Shown one piece after another: positions 1-12,100 of a DNA stretch of 64,000 nt; position 1 is the first letter of the stretch, and each line of letters begins with the position of its first letter. The DNA lies in NCBI GenBank assembly GCA_964016885.1, contig OZ024759.1, positions 5,704,001 to 5,768,000 of the forward strand, given 5' to 3'. A program made the translations under genes and the position numbers. Under the pieces are notes generated by a model. The model did no database searches. It was not told where the DNA came from and saw nothing but the letters and a program-made list of their open reading frames with translations. Source of the stretch: Eledone cirrhosa (taxonomy: Eukaryota).

Positions 1-3000
1 GTTGGTGAGAATTCATTTAAGTTCATGGTATTAGCTGTCAGAAGTAACTCCAATGTTGGTGAGAATTCATTTAAGTTCATGGTATTAGCTGTCAGAAGTA
101 ACTCCACTGTTGGTGAGAATTCATTTAAGTTCATGGTATTAGCTGTCAGAAGGAACGCCACTGTTGGTGAGAATTCATTTAAGTTCATGGTATTAGCTGT
201 CAGAAGTAACTCCACTGTTGGTGAGAATTCATTTAAGTTCATGGTACTAGCTGTCAGAAGTAACTCCACTGTTGGTGAGAATTCATTTAAGTTCATGGTA
301 TTAGCTGTCAGAAGGAACTCCACTGTTGGTGAGAATTCATTTAAGTTCATGGTATTAGCTGTCAGAAGTAACTCCACTGTTGGTGAGAATTCATTTAAGT
401 TCATGGTACTAGCTGTCAGAAGTAACTCCAATGTTGGTGAGAATTCATTTAAGTTCATGGTATTAGCTGTCAGAAGTAACTCCACTGTTGGTGAGAATTC
501 ATTTAATTCATGGTATTAGGCGTCAGAAGTAACTCCAATGTTGGTGAGAATTCATTTAAGTTCATGGTATTAGCTGTCAGAAGTAACTCCACTATTGGTG
601 AGAATTCATTTAAGTTCATGGTATTAGCTGTCAGAAGTAACTCCACTGTTGGTGAGAATTCATTTAAGTTCATGGTACTAGCTGTCAGAAGTAACTCCAC
701 AGTTGGTGAGAATTCATTTAAGTTCATGGTATTAGTTTGTCAGAAGTAACTCCACTGTTGGTGAGAATTCATTTAAGTCATGGTATTAGTTGTCAGAAGT
801 AACTCCAATGTTGGTGAGAATTCATTTAAGTTCATGGTATTAGCTGTCAAACGTAACTCCACTGTTGGTGAGAATTCATTTAAGTCATGGTACTAGCTGT
901 CAGAAGTAACTCCACTGTTGGTGAGAATTCATTTAAGTTCATGGTATTAGCTGTCAGAAGGAACGCCACTGTTGGTGAGAATTCATTTAAGTTCATGGTA
1001 TTAGCTGTCAGAAGTAACTCCACTGTTGGTGAGAATTCATTTAAGTTCATGGTACTAGCTGTCAGAAGTAACTCCAATGTTGGTGAGAATTCATTTAAGT
1101 TCATGGTATTAGCTGTCATAAGGAACTCCACTGTTGGTGAGAATTCATTTAAGTTCATGGTATTAGCTGTCAGAAGTAACTCCACTGTTGGTGAGAATTC
1201 ATTTAAGTTCATGGTACTAGCTGTCAGAAGTAACTCCAATGTTGGTGAGAATTCATTTAAGTTAATGGTATTAGCTGTCAGAAGTAACTCCACTGTTGGT
1301 TAGAATTCATTTAAGTCATGGTATTAGATGTCAGAAGTAACTCCAATGTTGCTGAGAATTCATTTAAGTTCATGGTATTAGCTGTCAGAAGTAACTCCAC
1401 TGTTGGTGAGAATTCATTTAAGTTCATGGTATTAGCTGTCAGAAGTAACTCCACTGTTGATGAGAATTCATTTAAGTTCATGGTACTAGCTGTCAGAAGT
1501 AACTACACTGTTGGTGAGAATTCATTTAAGTTCATGGTATTAGCTGTCAGAAGTAACTCCAATGTTGGTGAGAATTCATTTAAGTTCATGGTATTAGCTG
1601 TCAGAAGTAACTCCACTGTTGGTGAGAATTCATTTACGTTCATGGTATTAGCTGTCAGAAGGAACGCCACTGTTGGTGAGAATTCATTTAAGTTCATGGT
1701 ATTAGCTGTCAGAAGTAACTCCACTGTTGGTGAGAATTCATTTAAGTTCATGGTACTAGCTGTCAGAAGTAACTCCACTGTTGGTGAGAATTCATTTAAG
1801 TTCATGGTATTAGCTGTCAGAAGGAACTCCACTGTTGGTGAGAATTCATTTAAGTTCATGGTATTAGCTGTCAGAAGTAACTCCACTGTTGGTGAGAATT
1901 CATTTAAGTTCATGGTACTAGCTGTCAGAAGTAACTCCAATGTTGGTGAGAATTCATTTAAGTTCATGGTATTAGCTGTCAGAAGTAACTCCACTGTTGG
2001 TGAGAATTCATTTAAGTCATGGTATTAGCCGTCAGAAGTAACTCCAATGTTGGTGAGAATTCATTTAAGTTCATGGTATTAGCTGTCAGAAGTAACTCCA
2101 CTGTTGGTGAGAATTCATTTAAGTTCATGGTATTAGCTGTCAGAAGTAACTCCACTGTTGGTGAGAATTCATTTAAGTTCATGGTACTAGCTATCAGAAG
2201 TAACTCCACTGTTGGTGAGAATTCATTTAAGTTCATGGTATTAGTTTGTCAGAAGTAACTCCACTGTTGGTGAGAATGCATTTAAGTCATGGTATTAGTT
2301 GTCAGAAGTAACTCCAATGTTGGTGAGAATTCATTTAAGTTCATGGTATTAGCTGTCAGAAGTAACTCCACTGTTGGTGAGAATTCATTTAAGTTCATGG
2401 TATTAGCTGTCAGAAGGAACTCCAATGTTGGTGAGAATTCATTTAAGTCATGGTACTAGCTGTCAGAAGTAACTCCACTGTTGGTGAGAATTCATTTAAG
2501 TTCATGGTATTAGCTGTCAGAAGGAACGCCACTGTTGGTGAGAATTCATTTAAGTTCATGGTATTAGCTGTCAGAAGTAACTCCACTGTTGGTGAGAATT
2601 CATTTAAGTTCATGGTACTAGCTGTCAGAAGTAACTCCAATGTTGGTGAGAATTCATTTAAGTTCATGGTATTAGCTGTCAGAAGGAACTCCACTGTTGG
2701 TGAGAATTCATTTAAGTTCATGGTATTAGCTGTCAGAAGTAACTCCACTGTTGGTGAGAATTCATTTAAGTTTATGGTATTAGATGTCAGAAGTAACTCC
2801 AATGTTGCTGAGAATTCATTTAAGTTCATGGTATTAGCTGTCAGAAGTAACTCCACTGTTGGTGAGAATTCATTTAAGTTCATGGTATTAGCTGTCAGAA
2901 GTAACTCCACTGTTGGTGAGAATTCATTTAAGTTCATGGTACTAGCTGTCAGAAGTAACTCCACTGTTGGTGAGAATTCATTTAAGTTCATGGTATTAGC

Positions 3001-3473
3001 TGTCAGAAGGAACTCCACTGTTGGTGAGAATTCATTTAAGTTCATGGTATTAGCTGTCAGAAGTAACTCCACTGTTGGTGAGAATTCATTTAAGTTCATG
3101 GTACTAGCTGTCAGAAGTAACTCCAATGTTGGTGAGAATTCATTTAAGTTCATGGTATTAGCTGTCAGAAGTAACTCCACTGTTGGTGAGAATTCATTTA
3201 AGTCATGGTATTAGCCGTCAGAAGTAACTCCAATGTTGGTGAGAATTCATTTAAGTGCATGGTATTAGCTGTCAGAAGTAACTCCACTGTTGGTGAGAAT
3301 TCATTTAAGTTCATGGTATTAGCTGTCAGAAGTAACTCCATTGTTGGTGAGAATTCATTTAAGTTCATGGTACTAGCTGTCAGAAGTAACTCCACTGTTG
3401 GTGAGAATTCATTTAAGTTCATGGTATTAGCTGTCAGAAGTAACTCCACTGTTGGTGAGAATTCATTTAAGTC

Positions 3474-4335
3474 ATGGTATTAGCCGTCAGAAGTAACTCC
3501 AATGTTGGTGAGAATTCATTTAAGTTCATGGTATTAGCTGTCAGAAGGAACGCCACTGTTGGTGAGAATTCATTTAAGTTCATGGTATTAGCTGTCAGAA
3601 GTAACTCCACTGTTGGTGAGAATTCATTTAAGTTCATGGTACTAGCTGTCAGAAGTAACTCCACTGTTGGTGAGAATTCATTTAAGTTCATGGTATTAGC
3701 TGTCAGAAGGAACTCCACTGTTGGTGAGAATTCATTTAAGTTCATGGTATTAGCTGTCAGAAGTAACTCCACTGTTGGTGAGAATTCATTTAAGTTCATG
3801 GTACTAGCTGTCAGAAGTAACTCCAATGTTGGTGAGAATTCATTTAAGTTCATGGTATTAGCTGTCAGAAGTAACTACACTGTTGGTGAGAATTCATTTA
3901 AGTCATGGTATTAGCCGTCAGAAGTAACTCCAATGTTGGTGAGAATTCATTTAAGTTCATGGTATTAGCTGTCAGAAGTAACTCCACTGTTGGTGAGAAT
4001 TCATTTAAGTTCATGGTATTAGCTGTCAGAAGTAACTCCACTGTTGGTGAGAATTCATTTAAGTTCATGGTACTAGCTGTCAGAAGTAACTCCACTGTTG
4101 GTGAGAATTCATTTAAGTTCATGGTATTAGTTTGTCAGAAGTAACTCCACTGTTGGTGAGAATTCATTTAAGTCATGGTATTAGTTGTCAGAAGTAACTC
4201 CAATGTTGGTGAGAATTCATTTAAGTTCATGGTATTAGCTGTCAGAAGTAACTCCACTGTTGGTGAGAATTCATTTAAGTTCATGGTATTAGCTGTCAGA
4301 AGGAACTCCAATGTTGGTGAGAATTCATTTAAGTC
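3474..4335. repeat. Example of the two basic 8-monomer (431-bp) units: type A 3474-3904, type B 3905-4335
   Basis: Type A order: GCC+AAT, AGGAACG, plain, CTA, AGG, plain, CTA+AAT, deletion-ended. Type B order: GCC+AAT, plain, plain, CTA, GTTTG+deletion, GTTG+AAT, plain, AGG+AAT+deletion. ORF starts 3474/3905/4336 and 41124/41555/41986 are 431 bp apart. Confidence 0.8.
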
Positions 4336-7300
4336 ATGGTACTAGCTGTCAGAAGTAACTCCACTGTTGGTGAGAATTCATTTAAGTTCATGGTATTAGC
4401 TGTCAGAAGGAACGCCACTGTTGGTGAGAATTCATTTAAGTTCATGGTATTAGCTGTCAGAAGTAACTCCACTGTTGGTGAGAATTCATTTAAGTTCATG
4501 GTATTAGCTGTCAGAAGGAACTCCACTGTTGGTGAGAATTCATTTAAGTTCATGGTATTAGCTGTCAGAAGTAACTCCACTGTTGGTGAGAATTCATTTA
4601 AGTTCATGGTACTAGCTGTCAGAAGTAACTCCAATGTTGGTGAGAATTCATTTAAGTTCATGGTATTAGCTGTCAGAAGTAACTCCACTGTTGGTTAGAA
4701 TTCATTTAAGTCATGGTATTAGATGTCAGAAGTAACTCCAATGTTGCTGAGAATTCATTTAAGTTCATGGTATTAGTTTGTCAGAAGTAACTCCACTGTT
4801 GGTGAGAATGCATTTAAGTCATGGTATTAGTTGTCAGAAGTAACTCCAATGTTGGTGAGAATTCATTTAAGTTCATGGTATTAGCTGTCAGAAGTAACTC
4901 CACTGTTGGTGAGAATTCATTTAAGTTCATGGTATTAGCTGTCAGAAGTAACTCCACTGTTGGTGAGAATTCATTTAAGTTCATGGTACTAGCTGTCAGA
5001 AGTAACTCCACTGTTGGTGAGAATTCATTTAAGTTCATGGTATCAGCTGTCAGAAGGAACTCCACTGTTGGTGAGAATTCATTTAAGTTCATGGTATTAG
5101 CTGTCAGAAGTAACTCCACTGTTGGTAAGAATTCATTTAAGTTCATGGTACTAGCTGTCAGAAGTAACTCCAATGTTGGTGAGAATTCATTTAAGTTCAT
5201 GGTATTAGCTGTCAGAAGTAACTCCACTGTTGGTGAGAATTCATTTAAGTCATGGTATTAGATGTCAGAAGTAACTCCAATGTTGCTGAGAATTCATTTA
5301 AGTTCATGGTATTAGCTGTCAGAAGTAACTCCACTGTTGGTGCGAATTCATTTAAGTTCATGGTACTAGCTGTCAGAAGTAACTACACTGTTGGTGAGAA
5401 TTCATTTAAGTTCATGGTATTAGCTGTCAGAAGTAACTCCAATGTTGGTGAGAATTCATTTAAGTTCATGGTATTAGCTGTCAGAAGTAACTCCACTGTT
5501 GGTGAGAATTCATTTAAGTTCATGGTATTAGCTGTCAGAAGGAACGCCACTGTTGGTGAGAATTCATTTAAGTTCATGGTATTAGCTGTCAGAAGTAACT
5601 CCACTGTTGGTGAGAATTCATTTAAGTTCATGGTACTAGCTGTCAGAAGTAACTCCACTGTTGGTGAGAATTCATTTAAGTTCATGGTATTAGCTGTCAG
5701 AAGGAACTCCACTGTTGGTGAGAATTCATTTAAGTTCATGGTATTAGCTGTCAGAAGTAACTCCACTGTTGGTGAGAATTCATTTAAGTTCATGGTATTA
5801 GCTGTCAGAAGGAACTCCACTGTTGGTGAGAATTCATTTAAGTTCATGGTATTAGCTGTCAGAAGTAACTCCACTGTTGGTGAGAATTCATTTAAGTTCA
5901 TGGTACTAGCTGTCAGAAGTAACTCCAATGTTGGTGAGAATTCATTTAAGTTCATGGTATTAGCTGTCAGAAGTAACTCCACTGTTGGTGAGAATTCATT
6001 TAAGTCATGGTATTAACCGTCAGAAGTAACTCCAATGTTGGTGAGAATTCATTTAAGTTCATGGTATTAGATGTCAGAAGTAACTCGACTGTTGGTGAGA
6101 ATTCATTTAAGTTCATGGTATTAGCTGTCAGAAGTAACTCCACTGTTGGTGAGAATTCATTTAAGTTCATGGTACTAGCTGTCAGAAGTAACTCCACTGT
6201 TGGTGAGAATTCATTTAAGTTCATGGTATTAGCTGTCAGAAGGAACTCCACTGTTGGTGAGAATTCATTTAAGTTCATGGTACTAGCTGTCAGAAGTAAC
6301 TCCAATGTTGGTGAGAATTCATTTAAGTTCATGGTATTAGCTGTCAGAAGTAACTCCACTGTTGGTGAGAATTCATTTAAGTCATGGTATTAGCCGTCAG
6401 AAGTAACCCAATGTTGGTGAGAATTCATTTAAGTTCATGGTATTAGCTGTCAGAAGTAACTCCACTGTTGGTGAGAATTCATTTAAGTTCATGGTATTAG
6501 CTGTCAGAAGTAACTCCACTGTTGGTGAGAATTCATTTAAGTTCATGGTACTAGCTGTCAGAAGTAACTCCACTGTTGGTGAGAATTCATTTAAGTTCAT
6601 GGTATTAGTTTGTCAGAAGTAACTCCACTGTTGGTGAGAATTCATTTAAGTCATGGTATTAGTTGTCAGAAGTAACTCCAATGTTGGTGAGAATTCATTT
6701 AAGTTCATGGTATTAGCTGTCAGAAGTAACTCCACTGTTGGTGAGAATTCATTTAAGTTCATGGTATTAGCTGTCAGAAGGAACTCCAATGTTGGTGAGA
6801 ATTCATTTAAGTCATGGTACTAGCTGTCAGAAGTAACTCCACTGTTGGTGAGAATTCATTTAAGTTCATGGTATTAGCTGTCAGAAGGAACGCCACTGTT
6901 GGTGAGAATTCATTTAAGTTCATGGTATTAGCTGTCAGAAGTAACTCCACTGTTGGTGAGAATTCATTTAAGTTCATGGTACTAGCTGTCAGAAGTAACT
7001 CCAATGTTGGTGAGAATTCATTTAAGTTCATGGTATTAGCTGTCAGAAGTAACTCCACTGTTGGTTAGAATTCATTTAAGTCATGGTATTAGATGTCAGA
7101 AGTAACTCCAATGTTGCTGAGAATTCATTTAAGTTCATGGTACTAGCTGTCAGAAGTAACTCCAATGTTGGTGAGAATTCATTTAAGTTCATGGTATTAG
7201 CTGTCAGAAGTAACTCCACTGTTGGTGAGAATTCATTTAAGTCATGGTATTATCCGTCAGAAGTAACTCCAATGTTGGTGAGAATTCATTTAAGTTCATG

Positions 7301-9131
7301 GTATTAGCTGTCAGAAGTAACTCCACTGTTGGTGAGAATTCATTTAAGTTCATGGTATTAGCTGTCAGAAGTAACTCCACTGTTGGTGAGAATTCATTTA
7401 AGTTCATGGTACTAGCTGTCAGAAGTAACTCCACTGTTGGTGAGAATTCATTTAAATTCATGGTATTAGTTTGTCAGAAGTAACTCCACTGTTGGTGAGA
7501 ATGCATTTAAGTCATGGTATTAGTTGTCAGAAGTAACTCCAATGTTGGTGAGAATTCATTTAAGTTCATGGTATTAGCTGTCAGAAGTAACTCCACTGTT
7601 GGTGAGAATTCATTTAAGTTCATGGTATTAGCTGCCAGAAGGAACTCCAATGTTGGTGAGAATTCATTTAAGTCATGGTACTAGCTGTCAGAAGTAACTC
7701 CACTGTTGGTGAGAATTCATTTAAGTTCATGGTATTAGCTGTCAGAAGGAACGCCACTGTTGGTGAGAATTCATTTAAGTTCATGGTATTAGCTGTCAGA
7801 AGTAACTCCACTGTTGGTGAGAATTCATTTAAGTTCATGGTACTAGCTGTCAGAAGTAACTCCAATGTTGGTGAGAATTCATTTAAGTTCATGGTATTAG
7901 CTGGCAGAAGGAACTCCACTGTTGGTGAGAATTCATTTAAGTTCATGGTATTAGCTGTCAGAAGTAACTCCACTGTTGGTGAGAATTCATTTAAGTTTAT
8001 GGTATTAGATGTCAGAAGTAACTCCAATGTTGCTGAGAATTCATTTAAGTTCATGGTATTAGCTGTCAGAAGTAACTCCACTGTTGGTGAGAATTCATTT
8101 AAGTTCATGGTATTAGCTGTCAGACGTAACTCCACTGTTGGTGAGAATTCATTTAAGTTCATGGTACTAGCTGTCAGAAGTAACTACACTGTTGGTGAGA
8201 ATTCATTTAAGTTCATGGTATTAGCTGTCAGAAGTAACTCCAATGTTGGTGAGAATTCATTTAAGTTCATGGTATTAGCTGTGAGAAGTAACTCCACTGT
8301 TGGTGAGAATTCATTTAAGTTCATGGTATTAGCTGTCAGAAGTAACTCCACTGTTGGTGAGAATTCATTTAAGTTCATGGTACTAGCTGTCAGAAGTAAC
8401 TCCACTGTTGGTGAGAATTCATTTAAGTTCATGGTATTAGCTGTCAGAAGGAACTCCACTGTTGGTGAGAATTCATTTAAGTTCATGGTATTAGCTGTCA
8501 GAAGTAACTCCACTGTTGGTGAGAATTCATTTAAGTTCATGGTACTAGCTGTCAGAAGTAACTCCAATGTTGGTGAGAATTCATTTAAGTTCATGGTATT
8601 AGCTGTCAGAAGTAACTCCACTGTTGGTGAGAATTCATTTAAGTCATGGTATTAGATGTCAGAAGTAACTCCAATGTTGCTGAGAATTCATTTAAGTTCA
8701 TGGTATTAGCTGTCAGAAGTAACTCCACTGTTGGTGAGAATTCATTTAAGTTCATGGTACTAGCTGTCAGAAGTAACTACACTGTTGGTGAGAATTCATT
8801 TAAGTTCATGGTATTAGCTGTCAGAAGTAACTCCAATGTTGGTGAGAATTCATTTAAGTTCATGGTATTAGCTGTCAGAAGTAACTCCACTGTTGGTGAG
8901 AATTCATTTAAGTTCATGGTATTAGCTGTCAGAAGGAACGCCACTGTTGGTGAGAATTCATTTAAGTTCATGGTATTAGCTGTCAGAAGTAACTCCACTG
9001 TTGGTGAGAATTCATTTAAGTTCATGGTACTAGCTGTCAGAAGTAACTCCACTGTTGGTGAGAATTCATTTAAGTTCATGGTATAAGCTGTCAGAAGGAA
9101 CTCCACTGTTGGTGAGAATTCATTTAAGTTC

Positions 9132-12100
9132 ATGGTATTAGCTGTCAGAAGTAACTCCACTGTTGGTGAGAATTCATTTAAGTTCATGGTATTAGCTGTC
9201 AGAAGTAACTCCACTGTTGGTGAGAATTCATTTAAGTTCATGGTACTAGCTGTCAGAAGTAACTACACTGTTGGTGAGAATTCATTTAAGTTCATGGTAT
9301 TAGCTGTCAGAAGTAACTCCAATGTTGGTGAGAATTCATTTAAGTTCATGGTATTAGCTGTCAGAAGTAACTCCACTGTTGGTGAGAATTCATTTAAGTT
9401 CATGGTATTAGCTGTCAGAAGTAACTCCACTGTTGGTGAGAATTCATTTAACTTCATGGTACTAGCTGTCAGAAGTAACTCCACTGTTGGTGAGAATTCA
9501 TTTAAGTTCATGGTATTAGCTGTCAGAAGGAACTCCACTGTTGGTGAGAATTCATTTAAGTTCATGGTATTAGCTGTCAGAAGTAACTCCACTGTTGGTG
9601 AGATTTCATTTAAGTCATGGTATTAGCCGTCAGAAGTAACTCCAATGTTGGTGAGAATTCATTTAAGTTCATGGTATTAGCTGTCAGAAGTAACTCCACT
9701 GTTGGTGAGAATTCATTTAAGTTCATGGTATTAGCTGTCAGAAGTAACTCCACTGTTGGTGAGAATTCATTTAAGTTCATGGTACTAGCTGTCAGAAGTA
9801 ACTACACTGTTGGTGAGAATTCATTTAAGTTCATGGTATTAGCTGTCAGAAGTAACTCCAATGTTGGTGAGAATTCATTTAAGTTCATGGTATTAGCTGT
9901 CAGAAGTAACTCCACTGTTGGTGAGAATTCATTTAAGTTCATGGTATTAGCTGTCAGAAGTAACTCCACTGTTGGTGAGAATTCATTTAACTTCATGGTA
10001 CTAGCTGTCAGAAGTAACTCCACTGTTGGTGAGAATTCATTTAAGTTCATGGTATTAGCTGTCAGAAGGAACTCCACTGTTGGTGAGAATTCATTTAAGT
10101 TCATGGTATTAGCTGTCAGAAGTAACTCCACTGTTGGTGAGAATTCATTTAAGTTCATGGTACTAGCTGTCAGAAGTAACTCCACTGTTGGTGAGAATTC
10201 ATTTAAGTTCATGGTATTAGCTGTCAGAAGGAACTCCACTGTTGGTGAGAATTCATTTAAGTTCATGGTATTAGCTGTCAGAAGTAACTCCACTGTTGGT
10301 GAGAATTCATTTAAGTTCATGGTACTAGCTGTCAGAAGTAACTCCAATGTTGGTGAGAATTCATTTAAGTTCATGGTATTAGCTGTCAGAAGTAACTCCA
10401 CTGTTGGTGAGAATTCATTTAAGTCATGGTATTAGCCGTCAGAAGTAACTCCAATGTTGGTGAGAATTCATTTAAGTTCATGGTATTAGCTGTCAGAAGT
10501 AACTCCACTGTTGGTGAGAATTCATTTAAGTTCATGGTATTAGCTGTCAGAAGTAACTCCACTGTTGGTGAGAATTCATTTAAGTTCATGGTACTATCTG
10601 TCAGAAGTAACTCCACTGTTGGTGAGAATTCATTTACGTTCATGGTATTAGTTTGTCAGAAGTAACTCCACTGTTGGTGAGAATTCATTTAAGTCATGGT
10701 ATTAGTTGTCAGAAGTAACTCCAATGTTGGTGAGAATTCATTTAAGTTCATGGTATTAGCTGTCAGAAGTAACTCCACTGTTGGTGAGAATTCATTTAAG
10801 TTCATGGTATTAGCTGTCAGAAGGAACTCCAATGTTGGTGAGAATTCATTTAAGTCATGGTACTAGCTGTCAGAAGTAACTCCACTATTGGTGAGAATTC
10901 ATTTAAGTTCATGGTATTAGATGTCAGAAGTAACTCCAATGTTGCTGAGAATTCATTTAAGTTCATGGTACTAGCTGTCAGAAGTAACTACACTGTTGGT
11001 GAGAATTCATTTAAGTTCATGGTATTAGCTGTCAGAAGTAACTCCAATGTTGGTGAGAATTCATTTAAGTTCATGGTATTAGCTGTCAGAAGTAACTCCA
11101 CTGTTGGTGAGAATTCATTTAAGTTCATGGTATTAGCTGTCAGAAGTAACTCCACTGTTGGTGAGAATTCATGTAACTTCATGGTACTAGCTGTCAGAAG
11201 TAACTCCACTGTTGGTGAGAATTCATTTAAGTTCATGGTATTAGCTGTCAGAAGGAACTCCACTGTTGGTGAGAATTCATTTAAGTTCATGGTATTAGCT
11301 GTCAGAAGTAACTCCACTGTTGGTGAGAATTCATTTAAGTGATGGTATTAGCCGTCAGAAGTAACTCCAATGTTGGTGAGAATTCATTTAAGTTCATTGT
11401 ATTAGCTGTCAGAAGGAACGCAACTGTTGGTGAGATTCATTTAAGTTCATGGTATTAGCTGTCAGAAGTAACTCCACTGTTGGTGAGAATTCATTTAAGT
11501 TCATGGTACTAGCTGTCAGAAGTAACTCCAATGTTGGTGAGAATTCATTTAAGTTCATGGTATTAGCTGTCAGAAGTAACTCCACTGTTGGTGAGAATTC
11601 ATTTAAGTCATGGTATTAGCCGTCAGAAGTAACTCCAATGTTGGTGAGAATTCATTTAAGTTCATGGTATTAGCTGTCAGAAGGAACGCCACTGTTGGTG
11701 AGAATTCATTTAAGTTCATGGTATTAGCTGTCAGAAGTAACTCCACTGTTGGTGAGAATTCATTTAAGTTCATGGTACTAGCTGTCAGAAGTAACTCCAC
11801 TGTTGGTGAGAATTCATTTAAGTTCATGGTATTAGCTGTCAGAAGTAACTCCACTGTTGGTGAGAATTCATTTAAGTTCATGGTACTAGCTGTCAGAAGT
11901 AACTCCACTGTTGGTGAGAATTCATTTAAGTTCATGGTATTAGCTGTCAGAAGGAACTCCACTGTTGGTGAGAATTCATTTAAGTTCATGGTATTAGCTG
12001 TCAGAAGTAACTCCACTGTTGGTGAGAATTCATTTAAGTTCATGGTACTAGCTGTCAGAAGTAACTCCAATGTTGGTGAGAATTCATTTAAGTTCATGGT

